Below, piece after piece: positions 1 to 13,801 of a stretch of DNA of 64,000 bases. The first letter of the stretch is position 1. Each line of letters opens with the position of its first letter. The DNA comes from Callorhinchus milii (lineage: Eukaryota). The stretch lies in contig NW_024704743.1 in the NCBI RefSeq assembly GCF_018977255.1, positions 82,772,001 through 82,836,000 of the forward strand, in the 5' to 3' direction. The notes below the pieces were generated by a model, which was not told the origin of the DNA, did no database searches, and saw only the letters and a list, made by a program, of their open reading frames with translations. Both the position numbers and the translations under genes were made by a program.

Positions 1-56
1 GTCCTCACCTTCAAAGCCCTCCATGGTCTTGCTCCCCCCTATCTCTGCAACCTCCT
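1..56 (+). mobile_element. L2 fragment at window edge
   Basis: gtcctcaccttcaaagccctccatggtcttgctcccccctatctc = LTFKALHGLAPPYL, homologous to 59012-59065. Confidence 0.75.
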
Positions 57-242
57 AATTTTGGTGTTGTTAAATTCGATAAGCCTTTGGTTCCTGGTGC
101 TGTGGAAACCGGTTAGTTTATATTATGCGTGGATTTTGCAGCACTCCCATAAGAGAAAAACTTTTACTTTTAAGTGGAGATTTCAGACTTGTACCCATTC
201 TGTTATTTGAACAACAAGATCTGTCCATTATATAACAACAAT

Positions 243-590
243 GTTATCCTTGTTTTGATATAGCACCTTATCACAGATTTGAAATGTCTCAAAATGCTTC
301 CTGGGATTTACTATAAAAGTGTAGTGGCTTTGTGTTTGTAGCAATGTCCTACAAAAAAACATAAATTGAAGGATCAATTTTATCCGGAAGATGGTTGGCG
401 AGGATACTGGGAGAATGTCCTTCCCCTTCTAAATAGTGCCAAAGGATTTTTAAAATCCGACTGAACAAGCGGACAAGACTTCAATTTAACGGTTCATGTG
501 AAGTATGTCACGTCTGACAATGCAGCACACATCCAGCACTGTAATGGAATATCAGCCTAGACTATGAGCTCAAAGTCCCAACATGGTAGA
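243..590 (-). mobile_element. Old DeuSINE
   Basis: ttggcgaggatactgggagaa, aaatagtgccaaaggatttt, tctgacaatgcagcac...cagcactgtaatggaatatcagcctaga; a matching head fragment also at 5531-5586. Confidence 0.72.
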
Positions 591-1219
591 CTTTATCCTG
601 AAGAGGATGAGCCCTGGTGTGCTAAGTAGCAGCCACTTATCTGAAGTTTTGGATAGCCATTAAGGAGTACTTCAAAAATTGCATTGGTCCTTTGCCCATT
701 CTAGGTAGACATCTTTTTTACCCTCCCTCTGGTCCAAATGCGTTTTGTAACAGTTGTATACCTCAAATTCGAAGATCAACTTGTTCCTGTCTTGAAAACT
801 AGCCACTTGATGCTATACTCAGGAATTGTTTTATTGTGTGATGTGTAAGACTTTGTGGTGTTTCAGTGTTTGTTACTTGAAGAGATGAACTGCAACAATC
901 CCAAGCTGTAGGTGGAAAAGAATGAAATTGTCACAATTGTTCTTGTTATGTGGTGACAATATTGTATGTTATCCAAGAACAAGTTTTAAATGGTTATCTG
1001 ACATCCTAATCGAATCATGGTAGGTTTAAAAAATAACTACTCAAAACCATGAACCATTATATACTGGAAAAAATAAACTGTACCAAATTAGGAAATAACA
1101 CCATCAACAACAGCATATATTTATATAGTGCCCATCACACAGGTTAGTGTCCCAGAGTCTTGATCTCAGAGCCAGAACAATATGTCTTATGTATAACACG
1201 CTTATTGTGAAAATGTTGT

Positions 1220-1580
1220 GAAGTCCTGTAGCTTAGTGGTTCAACACTCACCTCGCAAGCGAGAGGACCTAGGTTCGATTCCCGAGCAGGGCGAAACGTT
1301 GAGCAAATTTCCTTACTCCACACGCCTCTGTTTACTTAGCAGCAAGTAGGAACCTGGTTATTAGTCGATTGGTGGATTGCTTTTCTGGTGGTAATAATCC
1401 CTTAAAAAAAATAAAAAATATTAATTTATGACTGATTGTGGGACACTGCTGTACACAATTAGCTGCTGTGTTTCACCCACAAAATATACAGTTAGTTCAC
1501 TTTACAGTATATTCTGTGAAGTGCTTTGAGATGTCTCGAAGACATAATAAGGCGCTATATCAAATGCAAGGACAATTATT
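1220..1580 (+). mobile_element. Full-length tRNA-derived SINE (Deu-type body, L2-like tail; resembles the C. milii SINE2 family)
   Basis: A box tagcttagtgg, B box ggttcgattcc, body gggacactgctgtacacaattagctgc, tail aaggcgctatatcaaatgcaagga. Confidence 0.92.
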
Positions 1581-4500
1581 TTGCAGAATTGATTGAGGTG
1601 TTTAAAATGAACATGATAGATACTTGAGATATAATGGTATTGGAGGATTTGCAAGAAAGGTGGGGAAATGGGTTTAAAAGATTTGCATTGTCTAAAATAT
1701 GGCAGAAGAGGCCCTAAAAAACCCTATTGTTCCTATGTAGTCCCTATTTGCATTAATAATCTTGTTCTTGTTCATGGTTCCTTCTGTTTCACTTTTTTTT
1801 ATTTATTTTTTTTCTTCCTCTGCAAATTCTATATTCTGTCATCTTTAGTGGACAGATTTAATGCCACTATTTCCCATACTTGGATTACTCTAAATCCCAA
1901 CAGGCGTGCAACTCAAAGATCAATATCAACAATGTCAGACCAGGTATTTCTCTATGGCAGTTGATTATTTTTGACACTTGTATTCACTAAAGTGAACCTA
2001 CATAATACTCAATAAATATTTCAGAGTAAAATCTTGGACATTTCAGAACTACATCTAGGTTCCAGTTTTCTTTATTGAACCTGCTTTATACTGGGACGTA
2101 AATGAACTGGTCTGATTGTGATTACTGGATATATGCCACAGAGCTTCCTGTGACACAATTCTGTTTATGGGTGCTATGAATGGGCTAAGAGATGAAAGTT
2201 CTGTTGTTACTGGGTGGAGTCAAAGCAAAACTCTTGGCTGCCCTGCTGGTTTAGTTCACTTAAAGCTTCATGCAGATTGGAAAAGAATTGATGTTGGGTG
2301 ATCATTAGTTAAATGCCTCTAAAAATATAAATGTACCATTTATTTTGCCTCAACAAATTGTTTTACCTGGACAGGATTAAGAGTACTTGGTGTTTGACCT
2401 GGACATCTTAGTTTGTTAGTTTCCTCATGCGTTCGATGGTCAAAAGGGTTCACAGACGACTTGCTTCTCCTAGGAGGTACACAAGAACAGAGCTGACAAT
2501 GGTTGGTTTTTATTTATGCTGCGTTTTTCTTTGAGAACAATTCCTTTTGGTGGAAGTGCCTTGCTTCCACTCCATGGCTCTCCATGATGACTGAGATCAT
2601 GAACTTGTCCTATGGGAAATTGTTGACAGAAACCTGCACGGTGCAGTACATTACACTGGGCTGCTTCCCTTTTATCATTTCTTAACCACTGTTCAAAAAA
2701 ACCCTGCTGCACAAAGGGAGGAACAATATCTATTTTTGTACCATACAGCATCACTGCTTATTTCTTGATGCATGATATAATTTCAGTAAACCTAAGTACT
2801 GCATAAATATAATTCTTTGTCATTGTACAGAAAAAGCTTTATGGTTCTTTGCAGTTTAAATAGTTTGAATATTGAGTGAATTATTTTTATAGCTGGCAAT
2901 ACTGACTGTACTTTGCAGTTCACAATACATCAAGTTTTTTTCCCTTCAGTGAGCTTTGTATAATTTATGCCGTGTTCAGTCTTAGCTGCCATAGATCTGG
3001 GCTAAACTCAACAGCTTCTTACAAGCACATTACTTGAAAGGTGGGCTGGCCATAGAACTATTATACTTTTTTATGCAGTTGCATTCTCACAGCACAATTA
3101 TGTGATCAATCTCCTCTGTTCACATCTTCTTTAGCAAGATGAGGAGCCATCATTAGCACTTTGGGTTATTTTTACGGATGGCATGAGTCAGCCAGGGAGC
3201 AACCAAGCTAAGCACATTGCAAGAAATAATGTTACCATTGCATAATGTGTTGCAGAGAAAGAACTAGAATGGGTCAGTAATGAGGCCAACATACATTCCA
3301 GTGCCATTATAAATGTAGAATAACTGTCATTTATTTATTTACTTTTTTTTATATACTGCCCGATTTTCATTTTAGTTGATGAAACATTTTGAGTGCCGAG
3401 ATTCCCTGACACCGCAAAACACAATCTTGTTTATTTCCTTTCTTGTGTTGTATCTATAAAACTTACCTTTGCTTAAACTATATTTTATTAAGGATACTAG
3501 GGATTGGGGATAAAAGTAAACCACAACTAAAAAGCTATTCCCTTGTGTTAGAAAAACTTTGCCAGTCTTGATTTGCTTTTAAATTTATAAAATTGCCTGC
3601 CACGTTCGCCTACAAATACAAAATCACTACACGTTACAGTAAATCCTGTGAAGCACTTTCAGACATATCAACGACATGATAAGGTGCTACATCAAACGCA
3701 AGAATTATTTATTATCATTTACTTATTGAACCTTCAGAGGCCCTCCGGTTTCCTTTGCTTTAATTTAGTTATTTTCTCCCTAGGGCATTAACCGATTGTA
3801 GTGAAATGGGTAGGAATCTACTTCTAAACCTCTGTTGGTGTCACCATGACTTTTTAAAAAACAAAATCCCACCTTTCCTGGTGTAAAAGTATTTTATCTT
3901 TACTCTCCATCCCAGCACAGCAGAGATTACGAAATTCAGCACTGTGGAACAATTGAACCAGTGTCTCTCAATTCCATGGCACAATGTATTTATTGTTGCT
4001 CCAAAGGTGGCATCTTTACCATAGCTTTTGCAGTAAAATGTTGCTGAATTGGACTGAGTTGAACTAGAATCGGAGAGTATATGCATATTTGTGAAACTGT
4101 AACTTATGCACAGGATCTTATACAAAAGTTATAGTTCAAATTATTTCACAGCCCAGCCCTTTTTCTGTTTTGCTTGCCCCCCAAAAAACAATTTCTGCTA
4201 AGAATACAGCAGTTAATTGTCTGCAATCTCTCCTGCATAATTGCATAGAATAATAGTAATTGGCAAGTTGGCCTCATACAGTTAATAACTGTCCGCTAAT
4301 TGAATGTTCTCTGAATGCAGTTTGCCTGGCGGGCTGCTCTGCAGACCAGATAAGAACAAAACATGTTCATCCTTTTGTTGTTAGATCATCAGCAGATCCC
4401 TTGTTTATAACTCAGGTTTGAATTTTCTGTATTTCAACAACCATGTTATACTGTATAGCGGGCATCCCTGTGATGGTCCAGCATAGTTGAAAGATGGCAC

Positions 4501-4982
4501 AGTGGATTATTTACATTTTTAATCTGGGATTGAGGGCTTTCAAAAACGCTTTTCATAGTAATGACTGAACTCAGTTTGTTTCTGAAAAGCAACAGCTGAA
4601 AGGAGACTCCTGTTTCGAAGATAAGAGTCTTGCTGAGCATGATATTTATATTTTTTCACTTAAGTTACGTTTAGTGCTACTCCTGATATTTCTTTCCGTG
4701 TGAAGCCTTTCTTAAACAACGGTAAATGCCAGTAGTTGCATTTCACCAATTCATCTTGTTGATACTTGCAGCGATGAGTGGCATCCGGGTGGGAACAACA
4801 TGTCAAATTAAAACCCAATCCTTTTCAGCACACAGAGAATCAACCCAACCATGGCTGATCTCTGCTGCACACACTTTGTGCACGTCTCAGCAGCACTTTG
4901 ACTACAGTCCAACATCACAAACTTCAAGTTGTAGTTCTAATATACAGTATATGTTGGGCACTTGTTGTACTATACAATACAG

Positions 4983-5140
4983 TTTACATTTATATAGCAT
5001 CTTTCACCTCGGGTGGACATCCCATAGCTGCATTCACAGTGCTGGGTGGGCATCTAAACTGTGGGTTGGAGGGAAAAGATGACCATAAGCGCAGTCAAAG
5101 AGGTATATTTTGATGGGTGCCTTGAAAGAGAGGAATGGGA
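4983..5140 (-). mobile_element. Degraded L2 3' end
   Basis: acatttatatagcatctttcacctcgggtggacatccc followed by purine-rich L2 3' sequence. Confidence 0.6.
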
Positions 5141-5249
5141 TGAATGTTGTAATCCAAATGGTACCATTTTCACAAAATTACAATTCAGGAACAACAATGA
5201 GCCTAGTTATTTCTGATCACTTTTACGATAATGTATCATCAACTTTGGT

Positions 5250-5531
5250 ACCCAGCCCCCTCCACTGCCCACCGCCCTCATTCAGCAGACACAGGCATGC
5301 TGCACATCCCCCAATTCCTTCTCACTATCATTGGTGGCCATGCGTCCATTCATTACACCCCTAACCTCTGCCTCATCCCTCTGTCTCTTTATCTACCTTT
5401 AAATCACACTTTAAGATTCACCTCTTTAACCTCGTCCCCCTGCTCCTCTCTCACTCGTTATCCCACCCTGTCATTGCACAGCACTTTGAGACTGTCCTGT
5501 GAAGGGTGATGAATTGGAAGTTGTTGTTATT
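5250..5531 (+). mobile_element. Degraded L2 3' end
   Basis: actatcattggtggccatgcg..., gcactttgagactgtcctgtgaaggg...gttgttgttatt. Confidence 0.7.
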
Positions 5532-6556
5532 GAACCCACAGCATTCTGCCTCAGAGGAGAGAGTGTTACTACCTGAGCCGGGCTGAAACCCAGATAGCAG
5601 GGCCAATACAAAAATAATTATAGGATGCATCTTTAGCTCGGTAACAATGATAATTTCTTTTGTGACACAGGTGTATTAGTTTGATCGCATACATCTATTA
5701 TCCTTGGAGGAGGTACAGTCTGGCGGCGTAAACAAAACTAGCTGAGAATCACCATAACCAAGGGGCTAATATGCCATTTCCATCACAACAAGCCCAAATC
5801 AACCAAAGCTAAAGCATTAATTGAATACCCATGTCACATGGATTGCAAATAGCACTAACCTATTTTTGAGGATTTTTTAACTGCTCATTATAGAGAGGTA
5901 AACGGTCTGATTATCGGTAGGTTGTGTGGCCATTCATTCCCTCCTGCTCTGACCTTTGTGCAAAAAGGCTGCCTGAAGCTTGAAAGCATGCCAAAAAAAC
6001 ACAAGGATTACAGTTCACATATTCTTTCAACTTTCCATCTACACCATTCCCCGGCTGGGAGCTGCAATTGTTGGTGTTATACCATGATCGACATACAGCC
6101 CTTTATAGCTCTTTATAGTCAGCTTCATCACTCAACAGATCATCACTACTTAAATATTAACTTTCTGAGGAAAGACAGATCTCATGGGGTTTTGAATATC
6201 TTTGGAGGAAAATTATACAGCAAATGGGAGTCAGATATGGTATATGATTCCCTAGTATTAATTATGACTTCGAGTTGATGGAAACTGAATCGCATTATTT
6301 ATTTTACAAATGCCTTCTGCAAAGCCAGTTTCTTTGTAAAGAAATTGTCATTATATTCAGCTCTCTGCTCAAAGTCAGTGTGTCTTTCTTTGTCCTACTC
6401 AGGTTTTCATATTCATCTAATTCTCAGTCCAAAAAATTGGCATTGCTCAATTGGCTCTAATAATTAGGCTACCCACATCTCGACCAGCTTACTTTGTTGG
6501 AACCTGCACGGTTATTTACTCAGTAAACCATGCAAAATCCTGAAGATTCCAGCTCA

Positions 6557-6760
6557 ACCTGAAAATGGGGAGGAAGGGGCAAGATGGAGGGATATAGGGA
6601 GAGCATTGCACAGTTTTGGGGTGTAGTGGCTGAAAGTGCAGCCACCAATGGAGGCACGGAGGATATGCAAAAGACTGGAGCCAGTCGAGCGGAGGCAGCA
6701 GGTTGTGGGTTGGGGGGTACGCAGGTCAGAGGCGTAGGGAGGTGCAGGACATGAGGACAT
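6557..6760 (-). mobile_element. Degraded L2 3' fragment
   Basis: Minus-strand peptide LRSTGSSLLHILRASIGGCTFSHYTPKLCNALP. Confidence 0.75.
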
Positions 6761-9658
6761 CCTCAGGCCAGGTGTAGTGGAATATTTGGGACTATCTATT
6801 CACGTTAGCAGGAACTCGCAAACAATCCCTAAACATGCTTTCCTGTGTTTTTACTGACGAGGAATTTCAGACTTATTTGTTGTTATGTATTAATGAAAAG
6901 CAACCAAGATGAGATTATTGATCTACGATATTATTATAGGCTTGATTTATGCAACATATGCAATACTGAGCCGCATTATTTTCTTCTGATGCTTTCCATT
7001 CCACTGAGTACAACCAAGGAAACATTGAAGCAAGGAAGAAAGGAAACTGAATTGTGAACGCGAAACGAGTTTCTACCGAAACATAAAGATATACTGTATA
7101 ACAATATTCATATAGGATTGCTGTTGCATCTGGTTGTATATCAACAAGTATCAGCTTCTTCACAGGAGTAGCTCCTGTTTTTTTGTGGTACTAATAGATT
7201 TGAAAAAAGGTTATTTGCTTTAGCAGAATTTACTTTTTGTACTTCAACAACAACAAAATTACATTTGTATAGCGTTTTTCATGTTGGGAGGACATCCCAA
7301 GATGCTGAATGTTGATAAAATCAGCATTTTATGAGTTGAGCCAACAGGTGAATCAAAACTGGTTGCTGCCAGTGTCTCCATTGCACGATGATGATTTGCA
7401 TGTATACAGTGTGGTTTGTAAACATACATTCACTTTTCTACAGTCCTACCAACAACTGCAAAATTAAGTGGCGGAAAAGGTAAAGGAAATAAATGCTGCC
7501 TGGTGTATTTTTGGGGGGGAAGGGGAGAGAAGAAGACAATTTTAACATGGGCTGAGTTTGGGAGTGCAGTAATTTCCCGTACTTTTTGGTAATCCTGGCC
7601 TTTCTATATTTTCCCTCCCCACGCTTATTTGTGATTATAAGCAATAATTTGCATATAAGTTGATCATGTCAAAATGGACTCTAATATTTGGGTAGTGAGA
7701 CTAGAAACTAATTAGCTGTGTGAAATAGATAGGGGATAATAAAATACCAACGTTGTAGACTTGTTATAAGTAATATTTACCTCAATGACATGATCTTATA
7801 CAAAGAATGTGCCATCAGCTTTACTGTTGCATTTTAATAGTAGTTCGTCTTACCATCCGGCAGACGAGTATTATTTGAGTAATGTATCATTATAAAAAAA
7901 AGATTCAGGTTTGAACATTCAAAAGTAACATTTACAGTTAAAATGAGTTTGTTTTAATAATCTGAATGCTCTTTCAGCCTCTTCTCTATGGTGGTATTGG
8001 GTCAGCTCAAATATTTCTTGGTTTTCATTCATGGCAGACCTTGTATATAACTATCTCCATGATTAATAGGATCGTTGTTTGTAATTGGAAATCAGAATTG
8101 GCTGATGACATGTGGTGATTTGTCATTTCTGATGGACACACCAGAAATATCTGTAACTATAACCTTTAACTTGGAAATAGAAAGGTTACACTCCCAGAAG
8201 ACAAAAATATGAGTAATTGTGTTATGCAAAAGTGTTAAATTAGAGAATTGTCTATTTATTTAAAAATCATCAGTAAACCTAAAACTCACTTGACAACACC
8301 TCGGTAGAATTCATGAACTTCAGTGGCACTATGACAGTTGTACTATGACAGCTGTAATAACCTACCTTTCATCAAAATGTTTAGCACCATTTTGTTTTCT
8401 TAAACACATAAGATAATTGGACATCTAAAAATCACTTAAAATTACTAAAACAATTGCTTGCATTTTTAGCTGGGTAATTAGCATAGTCATTACTAAAATG
8501 TAATTGTATGCTGTTTATTCTTATCTATAATTGGTTTTGTAAACACTTTTACATAGAGTTGAGTTGGTGTGCAGTGCAATCAACATAGGATGTGAAGATT
8601 TGCTGGCCTACCTAATACTTAAAGATAAATCATTTTTTTTCCATTTGAAACTGACATTGTTTATAGCGTTTACCATGAAATGACACCTTTCATAATGGTG
8701 TGAAAGCCATAGTAATTGACCACATTCATCTCAATGTTCTTGTGGATTTTTATTCAGAATTTTTGCTGAGTGAAACATGCTCCTATTTTCCTCCCCGAGT
8801 GCCAAATTAGGCCTTTTTAAATATGAAAGATTCCAGAAACCCCATAATTTTCAATTCAAGCTGGCTGGTTTCAGCATCTGTCTTATAGTACTAGTGGAGT
8901 AAGTTGTTGGACAGTATTGGCAGAGCTCAATATTAACCTTTTCAAGCGCATGCCCTTGGGGTAAGTGCTCAGTGCGTTTTACATACCCAAATGCCTGTCT
9001 CACATGTCAGAATTAATAATAAATGGTCAGCCTTGCCTATTTTTTTAAAAAAAATTCCTAATGAATTAAATCCCAGAGTTCAAATGTAGCTTCTTGTTTT
9101 AAGACTCTTTAGGAGCTGCAGGGCATAAATTCTTTGCACAAGTGGCACAATAACAAGAGGTTAGTGCTTGAGATTTAAATCAGTGTGGAAAACCTAAACA
9201 ACGTTGTTGATTATTTTTGCCTGCCTGTTCTGTGCCTCTCATCGCCCCTCTATGCTTATGGTTTCAATGTCTCCTTTCTTCATTGTATATTTTCCCATAT
9301 GCATTGTACATATTGTTCCTTTAACATTCTGTACCAGTGCATTTGGGAAATATCTTATACAAGGTTAAAATTATCCTTCAAAATATTAAACAGTTATACA
9401 TCCAGACTCTTTCCCAAATAATCAAATTGTAAACTGCTACTTTCGTAGTCCAATCCTGCTTGCGTGTTATTTCTAACATGGTGTAACAGAGTTTTGCATA
9501 CTTGGGGATCTATAATACAATAGTGAAAATAATTTTGATTTTGAAAATGTTGCATCATTTCTGCAATTTAATTGTTTAGAACTGAGAAGCCAAAGTGTGA
9601 AGCCCTTTTGAATTTCATTCTATAGAAGACATTAACTGGAATTGCTCTAATGCTTCAT

Positions 9659-10024
9659 GGAGTCCTGCAGCGAATTGGTTCGTGTGCTCGCCTCGCAAGC
9701 AAGAGGACCCAGGTTTGATTCCCGGGGAAGGCGAAACCTTTGGCAAATTTTCTTACTCCACACACCTGTTTACCTAGCAGAACCCAGTTGCTAGTTGACT
9801 GATGGATCACTTTCCGGGAGTAATAAACCCTTCAAAAAAAATTAATATTTGGTCACTCAATCCACGACTGTTTGTGTGTGGGACACTGCTGTACACAATT
9901 GGCTGCTGCATTTCGCCCACAAAACATGCAGTCAATTTACTTTACAGTGTATTCTATGAAGCGCTTTGAGACATCTCAATGACGTGATCAGGCACTATAT
10001 CAGATACAAGGATTATTATGATTA
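9659..10024 (+). mobile_element. Full-length tRNA-derived SINE
   Basis: ggagtcctgcagc... to gatacaaggattattatgatta; colinear with 1220-1580. Confidence 0.92.
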
Positions 10025-10467
10025 CGGCAAGGAACCAAGGTTGCATCAGAGCTGAGGTCCTGTGAGTTGGTGTGCCGCACAAGGAACTTTCCAGCTGGAG
10101 ATTCACTTTAAGCCTTGAGGCACTTTTTCTAGCTTGTCTGCAACTCAATAGATTTTCAACCTCAATGTCCGACTGCAGTGAAGGATTTCTATCGTTCTTT
10201 GCACAAGAAAATAATTGTGCTGTAATTATTTTCTGTTGGAAACCATGATGGCTGACCTACATTTCAAAAATAAATACATAATTTATTTGTAAATCTCAAT
10301 TTGCACAAATATTGAATTTGCTTCAGATGTGTGATCTAAAGTGTAGCTTTTATGGATATTTTGTCTCAGTTCCATATAGCACCTGTACAGTTCTGCATAT
10401 TTCTCAACCAAAACAGCATATTAAAAATACATTTACTAAAGTGCCCAATTATTTGCATGAAAGATAT

Positions 10468-11008
10468 CTGTTCAGTGGACTATTCCAATGCTTTCCTCGC
10501 TGGTCTTCCCAGCTCCACCATACACAAAATTCAACTAATTCAGAACTCCGCCACCCGTATTCTCACCCGCACAAAACTCAGTACCCCCATTGCACCAGTC
10601 CTTGCCAGACTCCACTGAACAGATGAATTTCAAGATCCTCTCACTCATTTTCAAATCCCTTCATGCACTTGCACTTCCTTGCTTATCCCATCAGCTTACC
10701 CTCCCACTCCCCCACCCGCTGCCTCTGCTCGGCTGGCTCCGGCCTCCTGTTTGTCCCTTGTCCACTCACCTCCACCATTGGTGGCCATGTCTTCAGCTAC
10801 TACGCCCCGAAACTCTCGAACTCTCTCCCTCAATCCCTCCGCCATATCCTCCACACTTTCAAATCCCGCCTAAATACCTTCCTTTTTGATCGTACTTACG
10901 GTTACTTCCCCCCCTCTCTCTGGCTTGGTGTCAGACTCCACCACTGTCAAGCACTCCGGAATGCTATCCCGCGTGAAGGGCGCTAAAATAAATGCAAGTT
11001 GTTGTTAG
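10468..11008 (+). mobile_element. L2 LINE 3' fragment
   Basis: [31 protein letters not shown]...LARLH, TIGGHVFS...; tail gaagggcgctaaaataaatgcaagttgttg. Confidence 0.9.
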
Positions 11009-11233
11009 TGCAGATATAATACTTAAAGTTGCAAAGCTTTAATTTAGTCAATGTAAAAACAAGAATTTCTGTGCTCAGTATGCCATTACTGCTAAACAGA
11101 ACATCTCAATAACTGAATTTAGGTCAGGTCTCATGAAAAATACTTCCAGCCCACCATAAAATGGTGGAAGATAGAGCTCCAATTCAGAATGATACTGTAC
11201 TCTAAAATAACTTATGGTAGAGGGCTTAAATGC

Positions 11234-11377
11234 AAGATATCTGTTCAGTGGACTATTCCAATGCTTTCCTCGCTGGTCTTCCCAGCTCCACCATACACAA
11301 AATTCAACTAATTCAGAACTCGACCACCCGTATTCTCACTTGCACAAAACTCAGTACCCCCATCACACCAGTCCTTG
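11234..11377 (+). repeat. Direct local duplicate of 10461-10604 (144 bp)
   Basis: Both copies begin aagatatctgttcagtggactattccaatg and end caccagtccttg, with few mismatches. Confidence 0.92.
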
Positions 11378-11381
11378 TGTG

Positions 11382-11554
11382 TCAGTTATTGAGATGTTCT
11401 GTTTCCCGGTAATGGCATACCAAGCACAGAAATTCTTGTTTTTACATTGACTAAATTAAAGCTTTGCAACTTTAAGTATTATATCTGCCCTAACAACAAT
11501 TTGCATTTATTATAGCGCCCTTCATGCGGGATAGCATCCCAGAGCACTTGACAG
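11382..11554 (-). repeat. Inverted local duplicate of 10944-11116 (173 bp)
   Basis: tcagttattgagatgttctg...cttgacag is the reverse complement of ctgtcaagcac...acatctcaataactga, including about 110 bp of non-L2 flank. Confidence 0.92.
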
Positions 11555-11555
11555 A

Positions 11556-11945
11556 GGGCTCAAGATCCTCACCATCGTATTCAAGTCTCTGCACTCCTCT
11601 GCACACCCCCTAGCTCTCTGACCTCCTCTCTCCTCAAAACAGCACCTGTTGCCTCCATTCCTCCGGGTCTGGCCTCTTCCTTGTCCCCCGAGTCCTCCGC
11701 TCCACCCTCGGCGGCCGTGCCTTCAGCCACTATGCCCCGAGGCTCTGGAACTGCCTTTCTCACTCCCTTCGTCTCGCTCCCTCCCTTCCCATTTTCAGGT
11801 CTCTGCTGAAGACCTTTCTTTTCGACCGCGCCTTTGGTCACCTTCCCCCCCCTTCCCCTGGCTCGGTCCCGGGATCCGAAACTGTAAAGCGCTCTGAGAC
11901 GCCATCCGACGTGGAGGGCGCTATATAAATCCAAGTTGTTGTTGT
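11556..11945 (+). mobile_element. L2 LINE 3' fragment
   Basis: tcaagatcctcacc..., ctcggcggccgtgccttcagc, tail gagggcgctatataaatccaagttgttgttg. Confidence 0.88.
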
Positions 11946-12662
11946 AAATTGGTGTTCTAGATAAAATATGTAATCTATAACTTTCATCTACAAATATAGT
12001 CATTACACTTACAGTAAATCCTGTGAAGTACTTTGAGGTGTTTTGATGATGTGATAAGGTGCTATACCAAATGCAACAATATCAGATACAAGGTTATTTA
12101 AGTTAGATATAGCATAAACGTTTCTCTTTGATTTTCCGGCTTTTTGTTATATTTTCTCTCTTTTGGAACACCTGTTTTTGCCTATTTTGAAATAGACTTT
12201 GATCATGTCTTTATATCCTTGAATTGTCTTACTTTCCACTGAAGTGTCCCAGTTCGATATTTTCATTCTTGTCAATCATCCATACAGCTTCTGAGTGAGA
12301 TAAAACATGTACAAAATTGTTGGCATTCTTATGCTATAGACTTGTACCTATTTGGACTTAGACTGTCAAACTCATTTCATTTCTCACCCTCCAGTCAGCA
12401 TTGTGAGATGACTTTCTTCCCATTGGTTTCAGCTACATTTGAACCTAAACCTGCCAAAACCCTCATCCGTGCTTTTTTCACCTTGAGCCTAATTTCTCTA
12501 ATGCTTTACTCACTGCCCTTCCAACTCATCCAAAACACTAAGCAATACAAAATGTTCATCTTTTATTATAGGCATTGTATATAGGAGCACATTGTTATTG
12601 GTGTTAATAGGAGCCAGTTGTTTATTATTACATGTAATGGTGACGTTTTACATTTTACTCAG

Positions 12663-12777
12663 GATCCAAACCATTCAGATGTACGCTCTGCAACTTTGCC
12701 ACAGCACAGTTAGGAGATGCCCGGAATCATGTCAAACGGCACCTGGGAGTGCGCGAATACAAGTGCCACATGTGTGG
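12663..12777 (+). CDS. ZNF407: Internal coding exon of zinc finger protein 407 (C2H2 array); 115 bp, phase 1 in / phase 2 out
   Basis: Acceptor cattttactcAG (12661-62) and donor GG|GTaggt (12778). Translation (G)SKPFRCTLCNFATAQLGDARNHVKRHLGVREYKCHMCG = one C-x2-C-x12-H-x3-H finger plus the start of the next. It matches my recollection of vertebrate ZNF407 (GSKPFKCKICHFATAQLGDARNHVKRHLGMREYKCHVCG). The next exon (VAFVMKKHL...) was not found in the window. Confidence 0.93.
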
Positions 12778-13801
12778 GTAGGTACCCCAATTTTGTTTTT
12801 CTGTTCTGCGCCAAAATAATATTTTTTGAAAGAAAAAAAAGTGCACCAGTCAATGTAAAGGAGAAACCTTGATGGTGTAATCATTTTGTATAGATTGCAT
12901 CTTTTAGCATCCTCTGCATCATTATTATGTCTTAAGAGATGCAGAAATACGTTATGTTTTCTTACATTACTCATTTCCCACCAATAATGAAAGCATGAAA
13001 GCTTTTCTCTACATCAAAAGACATTTTTTTGAGCTGCAAATTTCAGTTATATTTATAGCCTAAAATTGTATTCATAACAAGCCCACCATTTTATTTAGTC
13101 GATGTTGAAATTGGGTTCCGATTTAAAATGTTCTGCTAGTAAATGCCAGAAGAGTAGCCCTGCAAGACAAAGCCTTAAGAGCTGATAAGGCAAACTTGTA
13201 TGTATTACATTTAAGGAAAATTATGTTAAATTTATCTTGATGTGTCTTTCTTATAGGGACTGATTAGGGTAATGGCTGACATTGCAAGGGAGTATTTAAT
13301 GAAAACACTTGAGTTGATAGTTTTAAGGTTTAAACTATCTCTTGAATCGAACACAAAATGTGTGAAGGGGCAAATCTTCTGTGAAGCCAAGAAGTACCTC
13401 CTTTAAATAGAACAATGAAGCAGTTTCATCCCTTTCAATCAAACAATTCATGTAATGGAAATCATTGAAATAATGGGAAAAAAAATACATTAAGTGCAAA
13501 GGTATCTAGACTGATGCTAACTAAAATGAAAAATTAAATAATTATTTTTAATATATTTATAAATTATGTTTTCAGTTTGCTTTACTGGGTATTAAAACGG
13601 AATTTGACAGATATTTGAAAAAGAAAAATATAAAAGGATGTGGGGAAAGGATAGGGCAGTAGGAATAAATGGATAAATCTTTTAGATAGTCAGTGCAGGC
13701 GTGATGAGCCAAGTGTAGAATTCCTCATTTGTAGAATTCTCTGATTCTATGTTGCAAATTAATTAATTCTAAATAGAACTTGAATTTTTAAGTTGGTTTT
13801 C

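Noticed and set aside
12592..12819. ORF-track 75-aa ORF overlapping the ZNF407 exon
   Set aside because: Wrong frame; the zinc-finger reading is in another frame bounded by splice sites.
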